Source of the DNA: Patescibacteria group bacterium
Lineage (GTDB): Bacteria; Patescibacteriota; Microgenomatia; UBA1400; PJMF01
DNA: 55,502 nucleotides
Assembly (NCBI GenBank): GCA_039714855.1
Contig: JBDLIL010000001.1
Coordinates: 1 to 55,502, forward strand
Direction: 5' to 3'
Shown here one piece after another: positions 34,606 to 44,322 of the stretch (the first letter of the stretch is position 1; each line of letters starts with the position of its first letter). Made by a program: the position numbers and the translations under genes. The notes under the pieces are model-generated. The model did no database searches. It was not told the origin of the DNA and saw nothing but the letters and a program-made list of their open reading frames with translations.

Positions 34606-36861
34606 ATGAGGATATCTATCCAATCTTTTTTGCTTATATTTTTGCTTGCAATAGGCCTTACTGTCTTCGTGAGCGGGCTCATTGTTCAACCGATTGATGC
34701 AGCAGTGACTTCGTGCACTGCTAGCGTTAACATTAGCTCTGCACAGCCAAATACGAGTGCGACCTTCATCTTCACTATCAACAATACTGACTCTGTTGAT
34801 ATGCGGTGGTTTAAAATCACCCAGCCATTTACTGGAGTTAATGCTACCTCCATAGGAATAGGTGGATGGACTAAAGAAAACAATACTACTAATAGCGTTA
34901 TCTATGGAGGAACTCTGAACCCTAGTGGAAGCATTAACCCAGAGGTAACAAATACAATTGGCGACATTGCTGGCTCTTCAGGAAATTGGACAATAGAAGC
35001 CTCAGACGATGTGAGCGGAGCTAATCCTTTTACTTGCAGCGGTAGCTTGGGACTAACTATCACTAGTGAAGCTGCTGATACAACAGCCCCAGTAATTTCA
35101 AGCATTGCGGTAAGTAACATTACTACTTCTCAGGCAACCATAACATGGACGACTGATGAAAATTCAAACTCATTTATCGGGTATGGAGTGGAGTCTGAGA
35201 TCTACTCTTTTTCAAAAAGTGATGACACCATGACGACCTCGCATAATTTAACTTTAGACACCAGTATTGCGGCTAATACTACTTATTACTACTATCTTTG
35301 TAGTAGCGACACTGCGGGTAATCAAGCTTGTTCAGGCGAGGGCTCGTTTACTACTGCTAGTGCTGGCAGTACCACCACTACTACTTCCACCACTACCACC
35401 ACTACTGTCACTGCTACTCCCACACCCACTCCCACACCCACCCCAGTACCAGTAGATAAAACTCCTCCACGAGTCACTATTAAAACTGATCTGTCAACAC
35501 CATTTGAATTGGCACCTGTTATAACTGGAAGAGCAACTGACAATAAAGCTGTTACTAGCATTGAATACTCCACTGATGGAGGTAAAAATTGGCTGCCAGT
35601 AGATGAAATCGGGTCTGTAGGCACTAGTAAAACTGATTTTGAATTCGCACCCTTCTTAAATGAAGATGGTAACTATCCCATTCAAGTTAGAGCTCAAGAT
35701 AAGCGAGGAAATACCGGTAAATCTAAAGAAATAATTCTAGTGATCGACCGTTTGCCACCGTTGGTAGGAGGCAATTTGATTTCTATGGGACCTCAGCCAT
35801 TAATGCCAAATAATGGCGGAACAGTAGTAGCCTTAGCCGGATTAGAACAAAAAATTACTTTGTCAGCAGTCGGCGGACCTACTGCTATCGATCTATTTGT
35901 AGGTGAACAAAAAATTCCTTTAGAATACTCACCAGAAACTAGCCTTTGGTCTGGCTTTTTAGATCTAAATAAAGTTGGCACTTATACTTTAACCACCAAA
36001 GCTATAGATGGAGCCAAGAATAAAACCACTCGAAATTTAAACACTGTTCAAGTGGTTAAAGCTGGGAAAATTATCGACCAAAAAACTGGCTTGGCAATAA
36101 ATAAAGGCAAAATAAAAGTGTTTACTCAGAATGCTCAAACTCAACTCTGGAATCTTTGGGATGCCAAAGCATTTAGTCAATCAAATCCGCAAACTTTAGA
36201 TAGTGATGGACGTTACCAATTTTTTCTACCGCCTGGAACTTACTACCTTCAAATTGAATCAGCAGGTTTCACAACTGCAAAAAGTCAAATTTTTATTTTG
36301 GGTAAATCACGACCAATCAATGCTGATTTTGCATTAGAAGATGGTAGAGCTATCAGATTAGGACCACTGAAATTAGCCTTACCAAGTTTTTTACAGAAAA
36401 CCTTAAAAATTGATTTAACTCTGCCTGAAATTGAAAACTCAGTAACAAATAATTCAAATCTAATAGGAGAAATAGCTGCCAACTTTTCTTTAACGGATGA
36501 AGGAGAGCAATTTGATTTGTCAAATTTACGAGGTCAAACTAGTATTGTCTCCTTCGTTAGTACTTGGTCACCTCCAGCAATTGAACAGATTTCAATTATT
36601 AACCAACTTGCAAAAAGCCGTTCACTGCCAGTTGTGATGGTAACTACTCAAGAAACAAAATCAAAACTAGCTATTTTTCGCCAGCGAGGCAATTACCAAA
36701 CTCCTATTTGGGTTGATCCAGATGGTGAGCTAGTAGAAAAATATCAACTTGCCACCTTACCAACTCATTTTGTCTTAGATAGAAGAGGCAAAATCGTCCA
36801 AATCTTAACTCAAGTTTTGAATGAAAGTCAGTTTTCAGCACTTTTATTGGCTGCTTATTAG
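34606..36861 (+). CDS. 751-aa secreted multidomain protein (unknown N-domain, FN3-like, Thr/Pro linker, Ig-like, CarboxypepD_reg-like, C-terminal redoxin fold without CxxC)
   Basis: Signal peptide MRISIQSFLLIFLLAIGLTVFVSG. FN3-like APVISSIAVSNITTSQATITWTTDE. DSDGRYQFFLPPGTYYLQIESAGF. TlpA-like end has STWSPPA where WCxPC is expected. Confidence 0.75.
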   Translation: MRISIQSFLLIFLLAIGLTVFVSGLIVQPIDAAVTSCTASVNISSAQPNTSATFIFTINNTDSVDMRWFKITQPFTGVNATSIGIGGWTKENNTTNSVIYGGTLNPSGSINPEVTNTIGDIAGSSGNWTIEASDDVSGANPFTCSGSLGLTITSEAADTTAPVISSIAVSNITTSQATITWTTDENSNSFIGYGVESEIYSFSKSDDTMTTSHNLTLDTSIAANTTYYYYLCSSDTAGNQACSGEGSFTTASAGSTTTTTSTTTTTTVTATPTPTPTPTPVPVDKTPPRVTIKTDLSTPFELAPVITGRATDNKAVTSIEYSTDGGKNWLPVDEIGSVGTSKTDFEFAPFLNEDGNYPIQVRAQDKRGNTGKSKEIILVIDRLPPLVGGNLISMGPQPLMPNNGGTVVALAGLEQKITLSAVGGPTAIDLFVGEQKIPLEYSPETSLWSGFLDLNKVGTYTLTTKAIDGAKNKTTRNLNTVQVVKAGKIIDQKTGLAINKGKIKVFTQNAQTQLWNLWDAKAFSQSNPQTLDSDGRYQFFLPPGTYYLQIESAGFTTAKSQIFILGKSRPINADFALEDGRAIRLGPLKLALPSFLQKTLKIDLTLPEIENSVTNNSNLIGEIAANFSLTDEGEQFDLSNLRGQTSIVSFVSTWSPPAIEQISIINQLAKSRSLPVVMVTTQETKSKLAIFRQRGNYQTPIWVDPDGELVEKYQLATLPTHFVLDRRGKIVQILTQVLNESQFSALLLAAY
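35371..35446 (+). repeat. low-complexity Thr/Pro-coding tract (T-run plus TPTPTPTP linker)
   Basis: accaccactactacttccaccactaccaccactactgtcactgctactcccacacccactcccacacccacccca. Confidence 0.8.
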
Positions 36862-36908
36862 GAGATATGATTAAGCTTATCTTTAAGTTGACAAAAAGAT
36901 AAAAAAAC

Positions 36909-38834
36909 ATGTTTAAATCAAAATCCGACCTTACTATTTTCCAGTTATCCCCAGAAGCCATTATTATCATTGATGACAAGGGCAGAATCACCAATGCCAA
37001 CAAAAAACTAACAGAATGGCTAGGATATACGCCTCAAGAAATAATTGGCACGAAGATCAGTAAGTTGCCCTTCCTTTCCAAGAAAAATAAGCTTTTTGCT
37101 CTTAGTCAATTTACCAAACGAATGGCCGGTAAAAAAATTCCTCCTTATGAGCTAGAATTTATCGCAAAAGATAAAACAAAGACAATCGGCTTGGTTCAAG
37201 CAGCAACTATAAAAAATGAAAAAGGTAAAAATACTACTGATCTAGTGATGGTATCTGATATTACCAAGCGAAAAAAAGCTGAGAATCAACTAGTGATAAA
37301 CCAGGAAAGACTCGAGAGACTCAATAAATTAATGATTGGCCGAGAATATAAAATGGCTAAGCTAAAAGAGAACTGTAGAAGCGAACAAAACAATAGCCAG
37401 ACAAAAAAATTCCTAGGCAAATTGGATTTAGAAGCGAAAGGTACTAATCTTAGGTCTAGTTCTTTCTTTAACCTAAGTAAAGAAATAATAAAAAACTTGT
37501 TGAAAAACTCCTTTTTTCAAATACTATTAGCAGTAACCTTGGGTATCTATGTCAGCTTAATCATTTTTTTGTTCCTGATTATTACTCCATTTTTGGCATC
37601 AGTTATTACTAGTTTTGTAACCTTTTTGCTTTGCTTTACTATTTGGGTCTTAATTCTCCTACAATCTGAATCACACCTCACTGAAAACACAATAGATCAA
37701 GCCATGTTGAATCTGTTAGAAGATATTAATGCCGAGAAAATCTATGAGCAAATACGGGGCAAATCAATTCTGGAAAATATTGGTGAGAGCATTGTTATCA
37801 CCAATGAAAAAGGTTTGATCAAATATGTGAATCCAGCCTTCGAAAAGCTTTTAGGAATTTCTGCTAAGAATTTTAACAACAAAGACTTTGCTGAGGCAAT
37901 TAAAATGTTTTACTTAAATGGTAAGGAGATTCCTATTCACGAGAGAAGTGATAGTGCGGCCATTACAGCTAAAAACCAAAAAATGAAGGTTCTACTTGAA
38001 TGTGGGACTAATAAACAAATAGCAGCTTTATTGCACACTACCCCAATAAGATCTCATGATCAGTTTCGAGGAGTTATTAGAGTAATCCATGACATATCAG
38101 AAGATTTTAAACTTCAACAACAAAAAGATGATTTCTTTTCTATCGCTTCTCACGAACTTCGAACTCCCTTAACAGTAATCGCCGGTAACATTGATATGAT
38201 TTTGCAGGGGTATGGTAAAAGTCAGCTCAGCCCAGAAGATAAGCAGCTACTAAGCGATGCTGAAATTGCCACTGATCGCTTGATCGCAATGGTGAATGAA
38301 TTCCTAAATGTCTCAAGACTAGATCAGGGTAGACTTAAAACGAACATTGTTGAACTAAACGCTTGCAAGTTAACAGACGAAGTAATCAAAGAAATCATGC
38401 CACTTGCAAAAAAGAAACAGCTTACATTGACATATAATTGTATCGGTACTCGTGAGCAAGTGAGAGCTGATGAAAATCTAGTAAAAGAGATTTTGATCAA
38501 TCTGATTGGTAATAGTATTAAATTCACCAGGCAAGGTGGCATTAGAATTGATCAAACTTTTCAAAAAGGTTGGTTAATAACCACTATTACTGATACTGGC
38601 ATAGGTATTGCCAAAAACAAGCAAGATCGCTTGTTCACCAGATTCCAACAAGCAATGAGTAGAACAATGTCTCGTGAAGCAGGTGGAACAGGATTGGGAC
38701 TTTATATTAGTAGGGAGTTTGTTCGTCTGATGGGGGGCGATTTAAAACTTGTTTCCAGTCAAGAAGGTAAAGGGTCAACTTTTTCTTTTTCACTGCCATT
38801 GATAAGTAACACCAATTATATATCGTCTACGTAA
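36909..38834 (+). CDS. PAS-TM-PAS sensor histidine kinase
   Basis: H-box FFSIASHELRTPLTVIAGN, N-box LINLIGNSIKFT, and G-boxes DTGIGI and GGTGLGLYIS. N-terminal PAS (IIIDDKGRITNAN..) and two TM segments. Confidence 0.85.
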   Translation: MFKSKSDLTIFQLSPEAIIIIDDKGRITNANKKLTEWLGYTPQEIIGTKISKLPFLSKKNKLFALSQFTKRMAGKKIPPYELEFIAKDKTKTIGLVQAATIKNEKGKNTTDLVMVSDITKRKKAENQLVINQERLERLNKLMIGREYKMAKLKENCRSEQNNSQTKKFLGKLDLEAKGTNLRSSSFFNLSKEIIKNLLKNSFFQILLAVTLGIYVSLIIFLFLIITPFLASVITSFVTFLLCFTIWVLILLQSESHLTENTIDQAMLNLLEDINAEKIYEQIRGKSILENIGESIVITNEKGLIKYVNPAFEKLLGISAKNFNNKDFAEAIKMFYLNGKEIPIHERSDSAAITAKNQKMKVLLECGTNKQIAALLHTTPIRSHDQFRGVIRVIHDISEDFKLQQQKDDFFSIASHELRTPLTVIAGNIDMILQGYGKSQLSPEDKQLLSDAEIATDRLIAMVNEFLNVSRLDQGRLKTNIVELNACKLTDEVIKEIMPLAKKKQLTLTYNCIGTREQVRADENLVKEILINLIGNSIKFTRQGGIRIDQTFQKGWLITTITDTGIGIAKNKQDRLFTRFQQAMSRTMSREAGGTGLGLYISREFVRLMGGDLKLVSSQEGKGSTFSFSLPLISNTNYISST

Positions 38835-38871
38835 AACATACATACGGATTATATACAAATGTATTTTGTGC

Positions 38872-38901
38872 TTGACACCAGGCTTACAATTGCCATAGTC
38901 T
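38872..38901 (+). promoter_or_regulatory. candidate promoter for the response regulator and downstream genes
   Basis: TTGACA (38872-38877), 18-nt spacer, tagtct (38896-38901). AAGGAAG Shine-Dalgarno sequence before ATG 38949. Confidence 0.3.
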
Positions 38902-38948
38902 ATTACACATGTTAGACAGGTATTAACCGATTAAGGAAGTGTCATTAT

Positions 38949-39314
38949 ATGAAAATTTTAATCGTTGAAGATGAAATTTTAGTCGCCAGAATGTATCAAA
39001 AAATGGCTAAAAGTGAAAACTTCAAAATTGAGCTAGCTACTAATGGAGCAATGGGTATTGAAAAAGCTAAAGAGTGGAAGCCTGATGTAATCTTGATGGA
39101 CATCATGATGCCAAAAATGAATGGCATCCAAGCTTTGGAAAAACTTAAAGCTGATTCAGAGACTAAAGATATACCTGTTGTCATATTAACAAATATGTCA
39201 GGAAAACATGACATTGAGCTGGCAATTTCCAAAGGAGCTATAGATTTTTGGGTAAAAAAAGATCTAGAGCCTAAGAATTTCAAAGATAAACTACTAGCTG
39301 TATTAAAAAAGTAA
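38949..39314 (+). CDS. single-domain response regulator (receiver only)
   Basis: MKILIVEDE, DVILMDIMMPKMNG phospho-Asp context, VVILTN, FWVKK. No output domain. Confidence 0.85.
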   Translation: MKILIVEDEILVARMYQKMAKSENFKIELATNGAMGIEKAKEWKPDVILMDIMMPKMNGIQALEKLKADSETKDIPVVILTNMSGKHDIELAISKGAIDFWVKKDLEPKNFKDKLLAVLKK

Positions 39315-39336
39315 ACTTTTTCAGAATCTGTCCATA

Positions 39337-40254
39337 ATGAGTACTATCAAGTCAGAACTTGTACAACATGGTCTTGCCATAGGTTTTGACAAACTGATGG
39401 CGAAATACGATCACAAAGTTAAAGATCCATATTGGGAATTAAAAAATGAATTAGGTGGTCAAATCTTTGAACACTATCTGCGCGGCCCTTTCAAAGTAGA
39501 GTTGGGTAAATTAACTTCTTTTAATACCGAAATATTAGCTACGTTTGTGCGTGGCATTATCACTGCCTATTTATCAAGTAATATTTATAAAAGACCACCA
39601 CAAGAAGGAAGAGAAACCTTAGCTTTACTTGCGCATCTATTAGGTGGGTTTAGAGAACAACAAGCAGCAGTTATTGTTACAGATAAAAAAACTAAAAAAA
39701 TAGTAGGTGGTTGCACATTGGTGCAAGGAAGTAACGAAAAACCAGTCGGTGAAATAATAGGCACTCAAACAGCTACTATTCCTACTCTGATAGATTTGTT
39801 AATCAACTTACCCAGCACTGAACTACCTGAATTTGAGCTAACTCCAGAACATAAAGTAGTAGGATTCAACAGATTCTGGCGATTACCCAACGATCAGATC
39901 GATCAGTTAACTAATGGAGAACAAGTAAGTAAATATTTAAAACATTTTAGTATGGAAGTGTTAGCAGCCATGGCAAGAGCAGCTTATTATTTGGCAAACG
40001 AACAGATAACACATGGAGTGCTGGACACTCATGATCCAAAAGTGGTAAAAACTTTAACACAATATTATGGGGGCGTGACATTAGATGATCAACCGCGACA
40101 GACAGAACATACTAGACGATCTATCGCTCGATTGCATTACGATAAGGCAGATCAAGGTGAAATAACTGTAATAGCTTTCCTACTAGCGAAACAAATTGAA
40201 TTAGCTCGTCAAACAGATCAAGCACTGGGTCCAAAGGAGGCAATCCATGGCTAA
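39337..40254 (+). CDS. hypothetical 305-aa cytoplasmic protein; weak acyltransferase (GNAT or autoinducer-synthase)-like topology
   Basis: No family motif matched with confidence. The beta-strand/helix pattern around AAVIVTDKKTKKIVGGCTLV and KVVGFNRFWRLP is only suggestive. Translationally coupled to the next gene (ATGGCTAA overlap). Confidence 0.55.
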   Translation: MSTIKSELVQHGLAIGFDKLMAKYDHKVKDPYWELKNELGGQIFEHYLRGPFKVELGKLTSFNTEILATFVRGIITAYLSSNIYKRPPQEGRETLALLAHLLGGFREQQAAVIVTDKKTKKIVGGCTLVQGSNEKPVGEIIGTQTATIPTLIDLLINLPSTELPEFELTPEHKVVGFNRFWRLPNDQIDQLTNGEQVSKYLKHFSMEVLAAMARAAYYLANEQITHGVLDTHDPKVVKTLTQYYGGVTLDDQPRQTEHTRRSIARLHYDKADQGEITVIAFLLAKQIELARQTDQALGPKEAIHG

Positions 40255-41650
40255 AGTAGACATTTTTAGAGAAGAACTGACTGAACAAATTCCAGATAGT
40301 GAAAGTGGTCCACCAATTGCTGAGACTGACACCAAAAAGTTGTTCTTGAAAATGTTCAATTCAGGCGGACTGCTACCTATCGGGATCAAAGTGGACACTC
40401 CAAGAGCACAACAAGAAATGGCTAAGTTTGAAAAAACAGTTATGGTTCTGGATGGGAAAAATGAAGAAGGAATGCTAGAAGCTTTGCGAAGTTTATATAA
40501 AAGATTTCCCAAGCTAGCAGAAGAACTAGGACTTCAGTGTAGTAATGATCTTATAAATATTGCACAAGAACTAGGAATTAATGTGAAGCAAGATGCAGAA
40601 GAAGATTGGTTGCAAGCCCTAAAAAGTCATGGCTCTGCAGTTTACTTCCCCACTGGAGTCATTGGCGAGAAAATAGTTTTTGAAAAAATGAGATACTTCT
40701 CTCCTGAAATTGAGAGAGTCATCCTACATGCCAGTGAATGGAGATTAGCCTCAGAGTCAGAGAGAGCTATGGCGGATAATTCCCATCTTATTTCAATAGG
40801 TCTATCAGTAGGTAGTGAATTAGCACACGCTGCTCTACTAAAAGGAATCACAAGTTTTACCTTGGCAGATCCTGGCATCTTACATGCTGATCTAAAAGGC
40901 AGATTAGGACTAGGATACGACGAAAGATGGCTAGGAGCCAATAAGGCAGCTTTTGTTGCTCTACAGATTTTAAGGCTGTATCCCTATGCAATAATAGACT
41001 TATTCCCAGACGGGATAATCCCAAGCAATGTATCACAAGTTATGAATCCTCATAATCTAACTGCAGAGATGATATCTGGGGAGGGAAGATTATTAGTAGC
41101 TGAAGAAGCTGATGCGTGGGACGCCAAAAAATCTCCTAGAGAACAATTACATACTGTCATCAAAGATATAGTGCCGTGGTTATTGGTGACACTAGGTGAT
41201 GTAGAAAACAGAGTAGTGGGTGTTGTGGAAGATGTTAGTACCCTCCCATTCCAAGGCTGGATGGAACAATTTGGTGATCCATTTGGTGATCAATTAGTAC
41301 AAAATAAAGGGGAATTAGCTGGTTTATTAGCAGTAGTGGGCGGATTTGAAAGCATTCCTTTGCGGTTACTACAACTTCTAGCTGATGGTGAAATTGGCGG
41401 GGGACCCAATGCTGAGATTTCAAGAGTTCCTCAATCCAGAGAAGCTACATTACTAGCATCAGCCATTTTCCTAGGGATACTACGAATAGTCGGCAATGGT
41501 GGGGAAGTAAATGGATTCTTTAATCTGGACGTTGATGCTACTATAGATGCTCACCGCATGAACGATGCAGCTAAAAATCGTCAAGCCATAAAAACACTGC
41601 GTAAGAAAATGAACCAAGAAGTGTTTGGAAAACCTTCTATCACTGGTTAG
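40247..41650 (+). CDS. 467-aa ThiF/E1-like adenylyltransferase-fold protein with a unique N-terminal extension; no catalytic-Cys or Zn-ribbon motifs seen
   Basis: SHLISIGLSVGSELAHAALLKGITSFTLADPGILHADLKGRL..GANKAAFVALQILRLYPYAIIDLFP...LLVAEEADAWD parallels the ThiF/MoeB layout: nucleotide loop, D..V..SNL.RQ, K...A...L..LNP, D.V.D..D. Confidence 0.5.
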   Translation: MAKVDIFREELTEQIPDSESGPPIAETDTKKLFLKMFNSGGLLPIGIKVDTPRAQQEMAKFEKTVMVLDGKNEEGMLEALRSLYKRFPKLAEELGLQCSNDLINIAQELGINVKQDAEEDWLQALKSHGSAVYFPTGVIGEKIVFEKMRYFSPEIERVILHASEWRLASESERAMADNSHLISIGLSVGSELAHAALLKGITSFTLADPGILHADLKGRLGLGYDERWLGANKAAFVALQILRLYPYAIIDLFPDGIIPSNVSQVMNPHNLTAEMISGEGRLLVAEEADAWDAKKSPREQLHTVIKDIVPWLLVTLGDVENRVVGVVEDVSTLPFQGWMEQFGDPFGDQLVQNKGELAGLLAVVGGFESIPLRLLQLLADGEIGGGPNAEISRVPQSREATLLASAIFLGILRIVGNGGEVNGFFNLDVDATIDAHRMNDAAKNRQAIKTLRKKMNQEVFGKPSITG

Positions 41651-41704
41651 AGTAAGTAGCTAAAATGTATTGGAGAATAGTAATTTTTATGCCATACTGC
41701 TTAT

Positions 41705-43867
41705 ATGAATTGGGTTGAGTATCTTATTGTTTTTCTAACTTTTCTAGCTAACGCAACTATTGGAATTATTTCTATCAAAAAAAATCCTAATTCATGGACT
41801 CATCGTTTTTTGACTATTTTGGCTTTTGTACTGGCCCTATGGGCGGTTGTTAATTATATTCCTTGGATTACCACCAGTGAGGCAGTGCGCTTATTTTGGG
41901 TAAGAGCGACCATGGCTATAACTTCTTTTATTGGAATAACAACTTTTTTGTTAGCCTATGTCTTTCCTGGTGATAAGTTCAAAATGAAGAAGTTGTTCTT
42001 GTTACCTTTAACATTAATCGCTTTGAGTAATTTTTTACTATCTCCTTTCACTTTTTCCGGATTGAATAATACTCCTGGTGGTGAATTTCTTCCTGTTCAA
42101 AATTGGCCAATGACAATATTTGCACTAAACCACTATGGATTCACACTCTTAGGAATAATAGTGCTCATTGCAAAGTTCAGAAAAAGTACGGGTGTAAAAA
42201 GAAAGCAATTAGGATGGATGTTAGCAGGGCTGTTGTTGACTTTATCGTTGATTACAGCAAGCAATTTTATAGCAGTTACTATTTTTGAGACCGTAAGATA
42301 TACCTTCATTGGTCCAACCATGACAATTTTTGAGGTAGGCTTCATATTATATGCTATCGCACGACACAGATTTTTGGATGTAACCGCACTGATTGCCAGA
42401 ACTGTTTCTTACACTTTGTTACTACTAAGCACTCTGAGCCTTTACATTCTACTAGTATTTGCTGCCTCAGAAATTTTACCAACTAGTACTAACAAAATTC
42501 TAATTTACTCGATTCTCACTTTATTAGTTGCACTTACTTTTGGTCCTTTAAAAAACCTACTAGAAAAAATTACTGACAAGGTATTTTTTAAGGGACGCTA
42601 TGACACTGAAAAATTGCTCACCAAGCTAATACAAATCATGGCTGCTGAAATTGCAATTACAAAGTTGAGTAACAAACTTTTGACCACACTCACCAAAGAA
42701 ATGCGATTGACTAAAGGAGCTTTTGTCTTGATAGATGAAGGTAAGATTCAGGGAATAGAGCAATTGAATTTTGAAGCAGAGATTTTAAAAAATGAGCAAC
42801 TAGTTCCTCTACTTGAGAACAATCAAGAAAGTTATATTTTTGAAGAGTTGGCTGAAGAAAAAGTTAAAGATTTGTTTAGAAAATTAAATATCTCGGCAAT
42901 TTTTCCACTCAAGGTCAAAACCAAAGCTGTAGGCTTATTAGCTTTGGGTCCCAAGGCTTCAGGAGATATTTACAGCAATCAAGATCTAGAACTCTTGGAA
43001 ATTTTTGCTCCTCAAGCAGCCATTGCTCTCCAAAATGCTGAATCGTACAGACGAATCCAAAGCTTCAGTCACACATTGGAAAGAAAAGTACAAGAAAGAA
43101 CTAAAGAACTCAAGGAAACTCAGGCGAGGGAGCTATCTAAAGCCAAACAACTCCTGAAACTCAAAGATGAGTTTGTATTTATTGCAACTCATGATTTAGG
43201 CACACCGGTGACAGCTATTAAAGGTTTTGTTCATTTGCTAAAAAACAGTAAGAATAAATTATCAAAAGATTCTTTAGAAAACATTGTTGCTTTAGAGCAA
43301 GCCAGTAATCGATTGAGTACTTTAACCAACGATCTTTTACAGGTAGCCAGATCAGAATCAGAAGCTATTAAAATAGAAGTCGCAACCATTGATATTATCG
43401 CCTTGATTAAAAATATTCTCAAACAGTTTGGTGCTCAGGCTAAAGAAAGAAAAATAAAACTTAAAAATAAATTTCATGTTCAAAAATGCTTAGTTTTGGC
43501 CGATAAAGAAAAGTTGTCTGAAGTGATAGAAAACCTATTGTCCAACGCAATCAAATACAATAAAGAAAAAGGCCAAGTAAGCATTGGCACACATTGGGTT
43601 AAAAATGGCTTGCAAGTTGATATAACTGATACAGGTGTAGGTATTCCCAAAAAAGACCACGCTAAAGTTTTTCAAAAATTTTCTAGGATTCAACAAGCTG
43701 GAAACGAAAAAATAACTGGGACAGGCTTGGGTTTATTTGTAGCTAGAATGATGATTGAAAAAATGAAAGGAAAAATCTTTTTTACATCTACTGAGAAAAA
43801 AGGTACTACGTTTAGTTTTGTCCTGCCTCTGACTACCAATCAATCATTGAAAGAAAATAGCAAATAA
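41705..43867 (+). CDS. 7TM-GAF sensor histidine kinase
   Basis: About 7 N-terminal TM segments, a GAF-like middle, H-box FVFIATHDLGTPVTAIKG, N-box LLSNAIKYN, and G-boxes DTGVGIP and GTGLGLFVA. Confidence 0.85.
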   Translation: MNWVEYLIVFLTFLANATIGIISIKKNPNSWTHRFLTILAFVLALWAVVNYIPWITTSEAVRLFWVRATMAITSFIGITTFLLAYVFPGDKFKMKKLFLLPLTLIALSNFLLSPFTFSGLNNTPGGEFLPVQNWPMTIFALNHYGFTLLGIIVLIAKFRKSTGVKRKQLGWMLAGLLLTLSLITASNFIAVTIFETVRYTFIGPTMTIFEVGFILYAIARHRFLDVTALIARTVSYTLLLLSTLSLYILLVFAASEILPTSTNKILIYSILTLLVALTFGPLKNLLEKITDKVFFKGRYDTEKLLTKLIQIMAAEIAITKLSNKLLTTLTKEMRLTKGAFVLIDEGKIQGIEQLNFEAEILKNEQLVPLLENNQESYIFEELAEEKVKDLFRKLNISAIFPLKVKTKAVGLLALGPKASGDIYSNQDLELLEIFAPQAAIALQNAESYRRIQSFSHTLERKVQERTKELKETQARELSKAKQLLKLKDEFVFIATHDLGTPVTAIKGFVHLLKNSKNKLSKDSLENIVALEQASNRLSTLTNDLLQVARSESEAIKIEVATIDIIALIKNILKQFGAQAKERKIKLKNKFHVQKCLVLADKEKLSEVIENLLSNAIKYNKEKGQVSIGTHWVKNGLQVDITDTGVGIPKKDHAKVFQKFSRIQQAGNEKITGTGLGLFVARMMIEKMKGKIFFTSTEKKGTTFSFVLPLTTNQSLKENSK

Positions 43868-43882
43868 GGTAAATTTCTACTT

Positions 43883-44305
43883 ATGCCTAAAGTCCTAATC
43901 ATCGAAGATGATACTTTGATTTCTCGAATGTATCAACAAGTTTTCTCCTTTGAGGGGTTTGAGGTGGTAATGGTTGAAGATAGTTTATCTGGAGTAGAAA
44001 GAGCTAAAGCAGAAAAACCAGATATCATTTTCTGCGATATTATGATGCCAAAGATGAATGGCTTAGAGATCTTGAGCACTCTTAAGAGTGACGCTCAGAC
44101 TAAATCAATCCCTGTGGTAATGTTAACTAATATGTCTGGCACTCAAGATTCTAAAACTGCAATGGATAAAGGTGCTTATGCTTATATGGTAAAAAGTGAA
44201 TTCAAACCTAAAGAAATAGCCCAGAAAGCCAAAGAATTTTTAGACCAAATATCTCAAGCTCAGTTGCAAGCACAAACGCAAACGCAAGTACAGTCTCAGA
44301 CATAG
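43883..44305 (+). CDS. single-domain response regulator with a Gln-rich tail
   Basis: MPKVLIIEDDTLISRMYQ, DIIFCDIMMPKMNG, VVMLTN, YMVKS, and tail QAQLQAQTQTQVQSQT. Confidence 0.85.
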   Translation: MPKVLIIEDDTLISRMYQQVFSFEGFEVVMVEDSLSGVERAKAEKPDIIFCDIMMPKMNGLEILSTLKSDAQTKSIPVVMLTNMSGTQDSKTAMDKGAYAYMVKSEFKPKEIAQKAKEFLDQISQAQLQAQTQTQVQSQT

Positions 44306-44322
44306 TTAAACATTAGACACTC

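Noticed and set aside
35267-35624. ORFs 35267-35455 (+, Leu/Pro-rich) and 35322-35624 (-, VGVGVGV-rich)
   Set aside because: They overlap the Thr/Pro linker of the 751-aa gene and are frame or antisense shadows of a low-complexity codon tract.
27311-36861. Simple prophage, tailocin or contractile injection system as the explanation for the fibre-like operon
   Set aside because: No capsid, portal, terminase, sheath, tube, baseplate, lysis or integrase genes, and no tRNA or att-like repeats, are visible in the 55 kb. A phage origin for individual modules stays possible, but an intact prophage is not supported by this window.
39337-41650. Microcin-C-like (MccB adenylyltransferase plus GNAT) peptide-nucleotide cluster
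   Set aside because: There is no short precursor ORF ending in Asn upstream, and no exporter or immunity peptidase adjacent. The GNAT assignment of the first protein is itself weak, so the analogy is unsupported.
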